Assembly (NCBI GenBank): GCA_951406725.2
Contig: OX597815.1
Span: forward strand, 197,408,001-197,472,000
Source of the DNA: Octopus vulgaris
Taxonomy: Eukaryota
DNA length: 64,000 nt
Reading direction: 5' to 3'
Part shown: piece by piece, positions 13,030 through 26,744 of the stretch
Layout of the letters: each line of letters begins with the position of its first letter
How positions within the stretch are numbered: the stretch's first letter is position 1
Made by a program: the position numbers and the translations under genes
Notes under the pieces: model-generated
Databases searched by the model: none
What the model was told of the DNA's origin: nothing
Seen by the model: only the letters and a program-made list of their open reading frames with translations

Positions 13030-13795
13030 TAGCGGTGAGCTGGCAGAAACGTTAGCACGCCGGATGAAATGCTTAGCGGTATTTCGTCTGCCGTTACGTT
13101 GTGAGTTCAAATTCCGCCGAGGTTGACTTTGCCTTTCATCCTTTCGGAGTCGATAAATTAAGTATCAGTTCCGCACTGAGGTCGATGTAATCGACTTAAT
13201 ACCTATGTCTGTCCTTGTTTGTCCCCTCTATGTTTAGCCCCTGGTGGGTAATAAAGAAATAGGTATTTCGCCTGCCGGTACGTTCTGAGTTCAAATTCTG
13301 CCGTGGTCGACTTAGCTTTCATCCTTTCAGCGTCGATAAATTAAGTACCAGTTACGCACTGGGGTCGATATAATCGACTTAATCCGTCAGTCTGTCCTTG
13401 TTTGTCCCTTCTGTATTTAGCCCCTTGTGGGTAGTAAAGAAATAGGTATTTCGTCTGTCGTTACGTTGTGAGTTCAAATTCCGCCGAAGTCGACTTGGCC
13501 TTTCATCCTTTCAGGGTGGATAAATTAAGTACAGGTTGCGCACTGGTCGATTTTACCGACTTAATACCGATGTCTGTCCTTGTTTGTCCCCTCTATGTTT
13601 AGCCCCTTGTGGGTAATAAAGAAATAGGTATTGCGTCTGTTTTTACGTTCAAATTCCGCCGAGGTTGACTTTACCTTTCATCCTTTCGGGGTCGATTAAA
13701 CAAGTATCATTTACATACTGGGGGCGATATAATCGACTTAATACCTTTGTCTATCCTTGTTTGTTCCCTCCATGGTTAGAGTAGGAAATATATGG
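13030..13795 (+). mobile_element. Tandem multimer of SINE family 3 (one head plus four units of about 183 bp)
   Basis: GGTATTTCG unit starts near 13078, 13262, 13445 and 13628. Confidence 0.9.
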
Positions 13796-13890
13796 AGAAA
13801 TATATATATATATATATATATATATACACTTATGCATATGCCAGCACAACAGCACATGCATAAGAACACACGCAAGGTGACTCACACACG

Positions 13891-13934
<44 letters not shown>

Positions 13935-15197
13935 AGATTATATACATGCATATGCCATATATCCATATATATATTTACAAAACAGAGAAACGTAACAGAA
14001 ATATATTGCAATATATGTGATATTATGTTCAAAATCACGAGTCTCTTGCATATTTATATACCAATAAAGAGAAGCTTTACGCATTTAGAAATATATGATA
14101 TATAACACCTGTAGCTTTATGGGATGCTATATTATTGATTACAATTTTTCAATTTTTTTGTCAGCAAGTGTTTATGTAAAACAACATTAAAAAAATATAA
14201 ATATATAAACTAGTTTCTGAAAAATATAATGATAATCGAGAATACTTTGTTAATGTAAAACTAGAAATGAAGGTTTTTTTGTGCGTGATTGTGCGATCTT
14301 TTATATATTTTATTTATTTATTTATTTATTTAACATATTTTTGTTATTTAAAATAATAATTTACTTTTTTTTTCATCTGAAATTATGTTATTTTCTTCAA
14401 AAATGTTCAAAGTTTTTTCAAAAGTATCGTGTCGGTAATATTATGAAGTAAACTAATTTTAGAAGAAAAATATATTATAAAATATAATACAAATCAGAAA
14501 CATGAGATAGTCGCTGTTATTTGTTACTTATATACGTTTACATTATCTCTTTTATCATTCTATTATTTCCAGTGAAATTTTTCTTATGCAATTAGAAAGA
14601 AAAAAAATAGCATTCGAAAATGTAAACGCCAACTCACCTGTCAGAAAATATTTCGTGCAAGTAGATTTACGGATTTGTTTATGAATGAATGAATTATTTA
14701 TTTAAATCCCTCCTACTGTGTTAGACCTCCAAAACGTTGGTTAGCAAATATGAAAGAAAGTTTTTTTCATTAATGTTTCCACCAAAATTCATATTGCTAA
14801 TCATTTTCTCGTTTTCTTTAGACATATACAACAGATTGAATATTTGCAAATGTATAACTACAGGAATTTATATGCATGCACTTTTGTGGAAATTTGGTGA
14901 TGCTTGAGGTTTCAATCCATAACGTATTCTATCTTCGCCAGAGGGGGGGGGAAGAATAAGACGAAATGCAGCTGGTGATATTTCACGGCATCTTACGATT
15001 CTGGTATTGTTTTGCCGGTGTTTCCTGAATGCTTTTTTCTTAATAATTTCGAAAACTTCGTGAAATCACAACATACGTCAAAAATTCATAACATATCATG
15101 TCTCCAAGTCTTATGGAAACATAAATATTGGACATGTTTTAGTATACTAGATAGCAACAGGCAGTCGTACATTCACATATACACAAACAACAATAAC

Positions 15198-15256
<59 letters not shown>

Positions 15257-15404
15257 AAGTTGAAATAAACTTTTTGCATTTCTCTACAAATATAGATGTC
15301 AATAGCTATCCATATATAATGACACACATTCATACATACACACACACGCACATGCATACACATACGCATACATTTATATATATGTGTGTGTGCATGTATG
15401 TGTC

Positions 15405-15560
15405 TGTGAGAGTATTCTAAGAACCTTGCTTGCCAACCATATGGTCCCCGGTTATGTCCCACTGCGTGGCACCTCGTGTAAGCGTCTTCAATTTTAGTCT
15501 AGGGCCGACGAAAACCTCGAGAGTGGGCTTCATAGAAAGAAACTGAAAGAAGGTCGTCGC
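15405..15560 (+). mobile_element. Decayed SINE family-1 head
   Basis: CCAACCATATGGTCCCCGG...CACTGCGTGGCACC...AACTGAAAGAAG. Confidence 0.7.
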
Positions 15561-15699
15561 ATGCATGTATGTATACATATGTTTGGAAACTTACTCGAAG
15601 TCATAAATATTTAATAAATACAATGTTACATACTGTTACTCCACAAACCATAATCTTACTCAAGTCAGGTTACTTCAAAGCCTGTAAAATTAATAAGTA

Positions 15700-16035
15700 C
15701 GATCCAATCAACGGATCAGCCTGCTCGTGAAATTAACGTGCAAGTGGCTGAGCAGTCCACAGACACATGTACTCTTAACGTAATTGTCGGGGAGATTCAG
15801 CGTGATACCGAGTGTGACTAGGGTGGAACTTTGAAATACAGGTACAACAGAAACAGGAAGTAAGTGTGAGAGAAAGTTGTGGTGAAAGAGTACATCAAGC
15901 CCACCTGCCGGAGCATCGTGAAGCTTTAAATGTTTTCGTTCAATTAACACCCACAACGTCCTGTTTGGGAATTGAAACCGCGATCCTATGACCGCGAGTC
16001 CACTGCCCTAACCACTCGGCCATTGCGCCCCCACG
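15700..16035 (-). mobile_element. tRNA-derived SINE family 2, tail type A
   Basis: Head GGCGCAATGGCCGAGTGGTTAGGGCAGTGGACTCGCGG; homologous to 27303-27676. Confidence 0.85.
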
Positions 16036-17029
16036 GATATGTATAACAAAGACAACACATACAGAAGAGCAAATATTCTCAAACTTACCCTAATCGCCCG
16101 GCTGGCCATAAAATTGGTGAGCTAGAAGCAAAACTGAAAACCGCAAATACTAGCACCATTCATCAAAATAATGAAACACCATAAGTGAATATAATATTAA
16201 ATATAATTTCATGAAGCAAATTCATTTGGTTTTGTATAAATGCCAGTTAGCGTTGGGAATTCATATTTCTTGACCTTTTGTAACCAACAAGCCTCTTAAA
16301 TCTCAAAACATTTAAACGTCTCGAGAGATTTTCCAAATATCCCTAAATGAATGTTTCTCAGATCAAGTATATATTAATGGCTATGATTCCAATTAATAAA
16401 GCAAATAAGAGAATGCTATGTAGGCAGAAAATTAAGAAACAGGTTGCACAAGAATACCCTAGTCATCTCTTTAATTTTTCCTATGCAATTAGAAAATGTA
16501 ATTGATATACGACACTTTGTCTCTCTTCAATTTCTAAGTTCGAAATTCCGCCGTGGTTGACTTTGCTTTTTATCCTTTCGGAGGAGTAGATAAAAGAAGT
16601 ACCAGTTGAGAAGCAAGGTCAATTTAATCGACTTACCCACTCAACAAAATGAATATTATTTAAATTCAAATTTCAACTTCACACCTCTATAATACTTAAA
16701 TTTCCAATTCTTGTCATGTACGATTCTAACTTCTATAAATTATGACTATTTTCACAACTGCACTCAACTTTATCTTGCTGGTTCATCTTTCTTCATGCGA
16801 CGTTTTAACTGAATACACAAAAATTATTGGAGGACAAAACTATAAATATATAACATAATTAATGTAATGACCTGTTTTTTAAACTAGTACGTTAGAAAGA
16901 AATTAATTTTATATTTTTGACATGATCACTTGGCGAGAACGTTTTCAATATTCACGGTAAAAATAAGCATTACTCTTTACATTCTAATGCTTTTCTCTTT
17001 CTTGCTGTATCGCATACTATGTTACATTC

Positions 17030-17845
17030 GTACTAAGTTTACCTTTTTTGTAGGAGATTAAATCAAAACAGCATAAGTAATGACATGCCGTATGAATTCG
17101 AAAATGTCACTTCAGCAACGGAAGCTACAAGAAATATTAGTTCCGCCTAGGGAAACGGAAATGTAAGTATGCGGGCGTGCTAAACATGACTAGTTTCTAT
17201 CGAAAATTTTTCGCTCACTTGGGCGAAAAAAATTACTGTCAATATCGTGCTTTTGAAAACCGTAGTTGAAGAAAATTCAAAGCAAGCAGTATGAGATTTA
17301 CTAAAGAGGCCAAGTGATACTCTGATTACAAAAAGACTTTCCTAAAATACGAAATGCTTCTTCATTTGATTACTTCTCAGATTACCCAACAATTTGACCT
17401 CTTCTCTTCATTGAATACCGTACTTTACTGGGTAAAATCATTACTGGTGATAAATAGTGGGTTTTCTACCAGAATATCCAAACAAAACGACAATGGTTAA
17501 CATTGTCTGACCAGTGATGGCAGAAAAAGGTGACCATCATTGATCAGTTGCAAAGGGGAGTTGCGCTTGCACGTAGAAGTATGTCCAAGCCATTCAAGAC
17601 AAAGTATGTGCAACAAATCTAGAAGTTTTGTCTCATCCACCTTACTCTGAATACCTGCTCCAGCTGACCCTCAGCTTTTTCAAATCATTGCAGCACTATT
17701 TAGATGGTAAAGTGTGTATTAATTTTGAAGAGTTTAAAAATGATACTGAGTGTTCCTTTGATACGAAACCAGAAAAATTTTACGTACGAATAATGAACAA
17801 TTTGCCAAATTTTTAGGATTGTGTTATCAATAATGAGGAGTATTA
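17030..17845 (+). mobile_element. Decayed mariner
   Basis: YEF...ATEATRNI, ITGDK.WVFY and HPPYSEYL motifs in broken frames. Confidence 0.7.
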
Positions 17846-18239
17846 ATCCTTTCTACTATAGGCACAATACCTGAAAACATTTTAAGGAAGTGGGTAAGTT
17901 GATTAAGTCGGCCTTACTTCTCGACTGGTATTTATTTTATCGAATCCTCTGAAACGATGAAAAGCAGAGTCAACCTCGGCGGAATGTTGAACTTAGAAAG
18001 TGAAGAGAGACAAAGTGTCGTATATCAATTAAGATCAAAAAGCACGTTTCTCTCCCAACTTGCAATTCAACAAAACTTTAATTACAAAACAATATTAGTA
18101 ATGTAATCGAAATGCAAACCTCAATTGAGGAAAAGCAAATTACATATGTATGGAGATAAGAAACGCAAATATTTTTTTATCGTATTGAAACGAGTTGTCA
18201 ATTTGCATACACTCGTGTTACAAAAAAAGTCTTATTTTC

Positions 18240-18505
18240 TTATTTCGCTATTGTCCACAAGGAGCTAAACATAGAGGGGAAAAACTAGGACAGACAAACT
18301 GATTAAGGCGATTACATCGACCCCACTGCGTAACTGGTACTTAATTTATCGAACCCGAAAGGATGAAAGGCGGAATTTGAACTCAAGAGGCAATGGCAGA
18401 CGAAATGCCGCTAAGCATTTCGCCCGGCATGCAAATATTTCTTATTTCTTTACTGCCCACAAAGGGCAACACGGCTTGCTAATGTTTCTGCCAGCTCGCC
18501 GCCTT
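18240..18505 (-). mobile_element. SINE family 3
   Basis: Reverse complement of GGCGGCGAGCTGGCAGAAAC...GAGTTCAAATTCCGCC...TAAGTACCAGTTACGC. Confidence 0.8.
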
Positions 18506-19454
18506 AAAATGTTTGATTTTCTGCTCGTGTCTCTTCATACGTTAACTAAATAAAACTGTTGAGAGAATACAGCAGAAAACAATAAAACTAAAGTTTGATA
18601 AAATACTCTCATGTATTGTTTGTCACTAAATGAGTGTAACCAGTTTCATTGATACAATTCAGGTTTTATTGTCCCTCATTGTAAGAGGAAGCATGACCTA
18701 CTGGGCTAATCGGTCACTTCGATGATCGCCTCTAGTTTCAACAAAACCTCATTTGGAAAATTTCCCGAGTTTCAATAAAATAGGTGCGTTGATGGGTTTA
18801 TATCTGTTGATATGTAAAACACCCCGTATCGCAAAGTTAAAATCAGTGAAACATATGTATTTACTTTTGATACAATCGTGATGCATTTAGGTAACTGAAA
18901 GGAACAACCTATTCAAACGTGTCAGCTAAGCTTTGGACGTAGCCAAATGTTTGTAGCCAAATTTTTAGTTTAGAAAAAGAAGATAAAAGTAATTTATTAA
19001 TAAATAATTAGAAATAATATTGAAATGAAATGAGAAAGCGTTTAAATACAAATTACGTGTATAATTCTAATTAAAACTAAACTTCACTGAGCTGTATTTG
19101 GTGTTCAAGAAATGGCAAATCTTTTGTATTTTGTTTACATCAATTTTACTGAATTAACACCAAGATAAGAGGAATTTCCGCAGGAAATTTTATGATAGAT
19201 TAATAATGTTTAAGGTTTACATGACAGATGTTTTTACTCTACTTTTTATCTTAGAGTTATAAACAAATCATTTATCAATTGGAATATTTTCCATAAAATT
19301 TATTAATTAAAGAAGAAATCCTGCAATACGAATTCATTACATCTCTACAAAACACGGTACTGACGTATATAAATATTCTATTTCCAAATCACGGTACTGA
19401 CGTATACATATTTCTGTTCAAACCATGTACAATTTCATCATTTGTCTCCTTTTA

Positions 19455-20020
19455 TTGGGTTGACTGGAAAGTTCGTGACGATTTATTGTAGCTTAACTTT
19501 CTACTTATTTTAGAACATTGTTGAGTCCATAAAATAGGATTTGACTACACCTCCATTTAGAGCTCAGTTTAAGCTATCTTTTCAGGAAAGAAGGTTTATG
19601 TTCCTATAACCTGTGTTAATTTTGTAACCCTTTAAAATGGAAGATCAGAAAGTTCATTTTCGGCACTTGATGCTTTGGGAACCAGAAAAAAATTGCTGCA
19701 GCTCGGCTAGGATGTGTTACACTACCATCCATATTCATCAGATATTGCTCTATCGGATTTCCACTTATTTAGGTTTCTGCAGAACAGTCTTAATGGTAAA
19801 AATTTCAATTCCTTGGATGACGTAAAAAAATACCTTGATGAATTCTTTACCATGAAACCACCTCAATTCTGGGAAGAGGCTATTTTCAAGTTAAAGGAAA
19901 GATGGAGACGCATTGTGCAACAAAATGGTTCATATTTGGTTGATTAAAAATATAATGGCAAGTATTTCTTGACCTTTTTCTTTCCTTTAAAAATCAGCGC
20001 AAACTTTCCGGATAGCCCAA
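19455..20020 (+). mobile_element. Internally deleted mariner (mellifera-like)
   Basis: TIRs TTGGGTTGACTGGAAAGTT / AACTTTCCGGATAGCCCAA; MEDQKVHFRHLMLWE joined to HPYSSDIALSDFHLFRFLQN. Confidence 0.85.
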
Positions 20021-20856
20021 TTTTATGTAGCCAATATGATAGGGAATAAACGATGAAACAGATTCAAATCCTCTTTTGAAAGTAATCGTACATAGTTCAA
20101 ACTAATCAAATATTTGTTTATCATTCTGTGTATATCAAATATTCCATGTCGAGTTTAAGCTATAAAATAAAATTCTAGAAACCTAGTTTTCACGTTAGTG
20201 AGACCCTAAAATATTTAGAAACAGTGAATTCTTCTGGCATAAATAACGTAAAATTTCCTGTAGGTGAGATGCCGGCATTAGTTCAGTTGTGGCTCCGTGT
20301 ATTTTTTTTTTAAATTCACAATTACCTTTTATAAGAAGAAGCACTACCATTTATATATATAACAATTTTCATAACAAAAACGTTAGCAATATCGAATTAA
20401 ACATTTCCAACTTCCTGCCAGTTTTCTTAAAAAGATCGCAAATGATTATCACCTTGTTATTATTAATATCGATACAATAATTACAGTTTTCCCTGAGCCA
20501 ATGAGAGATGAGGATTTTCTGTAAAAGATATTAGCATTAAAGTTTTCTTCAGTAATATGGTACCTCAATTATGGTACTCAGTAAAATGGCACCTCAACGA
20601 AGTAAAACGTATTTAATAGGTACATATGCACCATAATATATAATTTATAAGTACCATGACCATTGAATTGATGACGATATAGTTTGAATTCATACTAAGT
20701 AATATTAATACAAAAATATATATTTTGCCATAATAATTATTAGGTCTTTACCCGTTACTACACAGCTGGAAAATACATTTGTTAATCATACACATACTTT
20801 TTAATAGAAGACTCTTATAGAATGAAAGTCATTTTAGTTGCTATGGTGATAACATT

Positions 20857-21170
<314 letters not shown>

Positions 21171-21398
21171 TTCACACGCACCACCCACACACAAACACAC
21201 CCCTCCCTCTTCTCTCTCTTTCTCTCGCATATTTCTATCTCGCCAACTACAATATTCATTCACTTTTTTCTGAAAATACATTGTGACGTATATTTTGATC
21301 GCTCGCCGTCTTTCTCTCCCTCTAAGAGATGTTGTGACGGACAGCCAGATAAATTGTATAAGATTACATTGGAAGCACTATAAAATAAAGAAAATCTA

Positions 21399-22676
21399 TC
21401 AGTTCATCCTATAAGCTCTGTCCGAATTTTTAATAAAAAGAACAAGTGATCAAATGTTATATTTAATTGAAATTTAAACATCAATGTACATTCCTGATTA
21501 GCTATATCTTCCTCCCATCTATTTACAAGGTTTTTAATCTCATCAATGTAAAATTCTTATGGTTTCAATGCGAAGACCTCTGAAACGTAGGTTTCCTCCT
21601 TCTTGTGGCTTGCGAAAGTTATGTCCCCCAAATGATTCTGTAGCTTACAAAAGAAATGATATTCTGAAGGAGCAAAGTCGGGAGAATAAGTTGGATGAAA
21701 AAGTTTCTTTTTCCCAACCATACTCTTCGATCTTCTGTGATGTGATATTTGCAGTGTGGGCTCGTGCATTGTCCTGATGAAACATCACTCATTTTAGATT
21801 CACTAAAGCAGGTCTTTTTCTCTTCAAATCTTGGTTCAAACGCTCTAATTGCTGACAGTAGATTTTAGCATTGATTGTTGCATTCGGTGGTAACAATTCA
21901 AAGTGAATTACTCCTTTGCAATCCCACCAGATAGAGAAAGAAACTTTTTCCCGTGAAGTTCCCTTCTCGGTTGTGGTTGACGGTTTTACCTTTTACCAAG
22001 CAACTGTTTACGATTTTTAACATTTCGATAGAAGATCCAGTCACAAGTCTATACAAAAAGGGTGAAATGCGTTCGTGAGAATGAAGAGAAAAGCAGATGT
22101 GAACTCGGGATTTACAGTTGCTTTCGGACAATTCATGAGGCACCCATTTTCCAAGTTTACGAACTTTTTCAAGTTTTTGAAGATGACGGTGAACAGTTGT
22201 ATGGTTTGAATTAAGCTTTATTGCCAATTGTTTAACTGATAGTGCAGCATTTTCCTCAAGTAAATACCTCAAGGAGCTTATCATCAACTCAGCTTGACGC
22301 CCTGTTCGATCTTCATCTTCAAGGCTGAAATCTCCACTTCTGAATTTCGCAAACCATCTTCTGCAAGCTTTTCATTCAAACATTTTTTTCACATAAACTG
22401 AGTGTATGTTTCAAGTCACTTCGTCTTCAGAGTTTCCTTTTTTTGTACTCATAAAGCATTATGTGCCTCAAATGCTCTTTGGATACTTCCATGTTAGAGA
22501 TGGTTTATTTAAAGTAATCTTAAATCTATTATTCTGTAAAATAATATTTAATTAGTTTAAATGTACACAAATGCATGAAAATAATTTTTAATTCCATTAG
22601 ACGTTCTGAAATACTATTAAATTTCATTCATTTTTAAAAAAGGTAAAAATTGAACAGAACTTATGGGATGACCTGA
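21399..22676 (-). mobile_element. Full-length decayed mariner, about 1278 bp
   Basis: TIRs TCAGTTCATCCTATAAGCTCTGT / ACAGAACTTATGGGATGACCTGA with TA flanks; MEVSKEHLRHIMLYEY start at 22492; WVPHEL and YSPDFAPSEY motifs; several frameshifts. Confidence 0.9.
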
Positions 22677-24115
22677 TATAAAGTTCCTGTTCATAAAAAT
22701 AGGCACTTGATTGGCAAAATGAGTTCAGCTTTAGATACTTCTCATAGTTCTGAGGCTGTGATTCTTAATATCAGAGCGGTGATCTTCGCAATTCCGCCTG
22801 TCTAGGATGAGCTCATAAATAGATTACTAATTTGCTAATGGGGGCAAGTTTATCAAATTTGTCTCTGTGATCTAGTTTTAATTCAAATATACAGGCTTGT
22901 CATATAGTGTCAACCTAATTAGGCCTTATGATTGCCAAAATGTTCACGTGTGAGCAGCTTACTTAGATACAAGTTTATAACACGAGTTATTACTTAGTCG
23001 GTCATTCAGATGAATGCTTATCTTTAAAGCCGAACGAGTTCCCACCACTTACTGCAAACTTTTAAATACCATAAATCTATAACTTGTAAATTTGCAAGCA
23101 TCTATATATTATATATTATGTATGTATTTTTTTTAAATATCTGCATGCATGTTAGCAACTTCGTCATTTCTTTGAAATGAAGGAGACTTGATGTTCAGCA
23201 GTTGTCTGTGGAATGAATCTGATGAAAAGCTCGTCTCTATAATAAGTATATATCAGAATTATCAACAGTAATTTGTATGTTGTAGCACCGCTTGAAATAC
23301 ATTTGCTTTTAAAGTGACAAAATCCGTTGACAAGATGGCATTCGATTTATTAATTTATGAACTGTTCCATGGCTTATATAACTGCTATAACTGACAAGCT
23401 TATTGACCAATGGCGTTGCTTCTCAACTGGTTTAGTTTGAGATTTGCCTGTGTGCGTCAGTGAATCTTGGATGGAGATGTACTTCGAAATGTCAAAGTTG
23501 TGGCATTCACTCGATTTCAAAACCCTAAAATTCCATATATTATTTTACTCATAACAAACATACGCAATGAAAACGCCTACACAGGTATAGTCACAAAAAC
23601 GGACACTTCTACACATAAACACACACCATACGTTTATGTGCCTGCGTGTGTTAGTATGTATAAATGTGTATGTAAGATTGAAACATCCATTACATCAGCA
23701 AATATATTTGTATCAATGTCTGACAGGCCTTTTTCTCCATTTCCAAAATGTATATGGAACTAATATATATTTAGATTGCAAGTTGAAGTTATGTTTCAAA
23801 TCAATGAGATGCACATTCACATATTTACTCAAGATATATAAGCATGGGTATCGCTCTGATATGTTGCTCTTAAAAGCATTCGTACATACGGTGCATATGT
23901 GTCTCTTTCTCACTTCATTTTCACTCTCTCTTTGTATGTACGTGTGCGTGTATGCGTGTCTGCGTGTGCGCGTCTGCCTCTGTATGTGTGAGTAAAGAAA
24001 AAAAAGAGTCCCTAATCAGAAATGAGTTGTCTTCATAGTTTTTATATATGGACACACACACACGCACACACACACATATATATTAATATATAGACATACA
24101 ATATAAGATATGTAC

Positions 24116-24152
<37 letters not shown>

Positions 24153-24161
24153 TATATATAC

Positions 24162-24228
<67 letters not shown>

Positions 24229-24684
24229 TACACACACGAGGGCACTACATGGGGATCTACATCGCTAAAAATGGAAGTCAAACATACTTCTGTACCACAA
24301 AATAGTCACAAATCTACTACATGCACGGTCGGAAAAAATTCCAGTGAATATTAAAAACGTCTTTCCTCTGCTAGGTCGGCAAGAGCAATACTGGTCAGCT
24401 TGGTGCCAGTTTCGAAATTAGAGCCAAATAGAGACCTGTTTCTCTTCAGTCAAAATCTGCCAGCTAACTGCTACTAAAATTTTCGTCCCCCATGCCGGCA
24501 AAAGTTCGTTTCAAGTGACCAAACATTATTTAAACAAACGAAATGCGTGAAATTATTTATATATAAATATAAGAAGAGATGGTACTATTAAAATAACATC
24601 TCGAGTGGTAAGCGAATTATAAGTCGTACGGGTAAATTGATAAAATATATGCATACAATATAAGGTATGTACTTATACATATAT

Positions 24685-24807
24685 AGTACTTATTCTGTCG
24701 GTCTCTTTTGCCGAACAGCTAAGAGACGGGGACGCAAACACACCAGCATCGGTTGTCAAGCAATGCTATGGGGACAAACACAGACACACACACACACACA
24801 CACACAT

Positions 24808-24845
<38 letters not shown>

Positions 24846-25011
24846 GTATACGACAGGCTTCTTTCAGTTTCCGTCTACCAAATCCACTCACAAGGCATTG
24901 GTCGGCCCGGGGCTATAGCAGAAGACACTTGCCCAAGATGCCACACAGTAGGACTGAACCCGGAACCATGTGGTTGGTAAGCAAGCTACTTACCACACAG
25001 CCACTCCTGTG

Positions 25012-25013
<2 letters not shown>
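24685..25013 (-). mobile_element. SINE family 1 with internal (TA)n(TG)n
   Basis: Homologous to 49607-50027. Confidence 0.9.
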
Positions 25014-25062
<49 letters not shown>

Positions 25063-25377
25063 TCGTCAGAAACACACATTATATACTTTACTATTTTCAT
25101 GCCCATACCATTTAGCAGTATATTCAAATCCTAGATTTCTACATAGCCTCCTGTGGATTGCTCTCCCTAGATTGTCTTGTCTTTTCTTGTATTTTCTCTG
25201 TACCAGTATGCTACATTCACTTGCTATCTGAGTAACACATTCCGAGGTCGACTTTGCATTTCATCCTTTCGGATTCGATGGAATAAGTACCTGTGAAACA
25301 TTGGGTTCGATGTAATTTCACGCCTTGAGTCTTTAGTGGAAAGGATTATTATGATTATTATATTAAAGTCACTGCTG

Positions 25378-25561
25378 TTATTGTTGTTGTTGTTGTTGTT
25401 GTTCTTCTTCTTCTTCTTCTTCTTCTTCTTCTTCTTCTTCTTCTTCTTCTTCTTCTTCTCCTTCTTCTTCTTCTTCTTCTTCGTCTTCTTCTTCTTCTCC
25501 TTCTTCTTCTTCTTCTTCTTCTTCTCCTTCTTCTTCTTCTTCTTCTTCTTCTTCTCCTTCT

Positions 25562-25592
<31 letters not shown>

Positions 25593-25611
25593 ATTCTTCT
25601 TCTTCTTCTTC
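25378..25611. repeat. (TTG)n(TTC)n microsatellite
   Basis: Read directly; it explains the poly-K and poly-F ORFs. Confidence 0.95.
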
Positions 25612-26483
25612 CAATCAGGACTCACGCCATTAGCCACAAAGAATAATCTCTAATTCGAGTCTACTCTAAGCTACTAAGAATACGTGTGGCAACTTGAAGA
25701 TCTACCCACCACACGCGATAGGCTGGCGGTTGCCCGGGCGCGAAAGCTACGTTGTTGTCCTCATTCCGTAAACAGTGGCTTTTAACGGGTGGAGAGCTGA
25801 ACCATCCTGGAGTAAATAGGATTCGCAATCTAGTCTAGGGTCTGATAGTTTACCACACCGTAGTGCGTTACACCATGGTTCCTCTGCTTTGCTGCAGAAG
25901 TGGGAAGAAAGAGTGAGAGAAAGTTGTAGTGAAAGAGTACAGCAAGTCTCACACCCCCACCCGGAGCTCGTGGATCTAGGTGTTTACTGTTGTTGTTGTG
26001 TAGCAATGCTAAAGGAATGTTGAAACGTTATTTTCTGTTTAACTAGTAAAACGTATTAGGTGCTAGTTTTAACTAAAATTGCTTTAAATAATTGAAATAT
26101 AAAAGACATCAGAAATAATAATAGCTGTTGTTCGTCTTTAACAAACAAATACACGGTTGTTAACGATCTTCGCTAATATTGATTAGTATTTATAATGACA
26201 AAATTCAGCGTATGATTTAGAGTGCAGTGTGAAGATACAACACATTATTTGAAATGATTGATACAAAGGAGGGAAAAAAAAAATTCTGCCTTCCCCGAAA
26301 ATTTTTTTTTTTATTTACACCGCATTGGAATTCTTAAATCAATACACATGACGTTTTTGTTTCCTAGGTAACAAGTGAGTTGCACACTTCTCAACAAATT
26401 TATTATTTACTTTTTTAATATGGTGTTGTTTATTACCATTATTTTCTAGCTTTAAACACTTGGCGGCCTAATTTAGTTTATAC

Positions 26484-26744
26484 TCAATAAACACATTCCG
26501 TTCTCCCTCTCCGTGTAATTTGTACAGTAAACGAGCTCTTTGTGTGACAATGACTTCCACATAAAACATCACAGATGGCGCTCTCGTGACAGTTCCTCTT
26601 GACAGCTGTATGTTCTTCAGTCTGCTTCGTATCCATTAGAAAACAATGGCGCGTATTACAGTGAAGGATGATACTGATTACCATTGTCATGATTATGAGA
26701 AAATCTTTGTTCATACTACTGTAGCCATTAGTTATGATGTCCAT
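26484..26744 (-). CDS. Candidate secreted cysteine-rich peptide precursor
   Basis: MNKD-FLIIMTMVISIIL is signal-like; acidic spacer, KR site, then C-x5-C-x3-C-x3-C-x17-C; AATAAA about 50 nt past the stop; non-repetitive context; no homology search was possible. Confidence 0.3.
   Translation of the reverse strand: MDIITNGYSSMNKDFLIIMTMVISIILHCNTRHCFLMDTKQTEEHTAVKRNCHESAICDVLCGSHCHTKSSFTVQITRRGRTECVY

Noticed and set aside
13030-13795. Retrozyme-like tandem array
   Set aside because: I found no hammerhead core in the unit; it is SINE sequence
19350-19420. 36-bp tandem duplication containing TGACGT; similar small duplication at 8931-8975
   Set aside because: Ordinary local slippage duplications
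24235-24560. Possible mariner end (CGAGGG start)
   Set aside because: No partner TIR or convincing translation
26566-26584. CTCF/YY1-like motif CACAGATGGCGCT
   Set aside because: A single short match with no supporting evidence; kept only as an alternative explanation for this island
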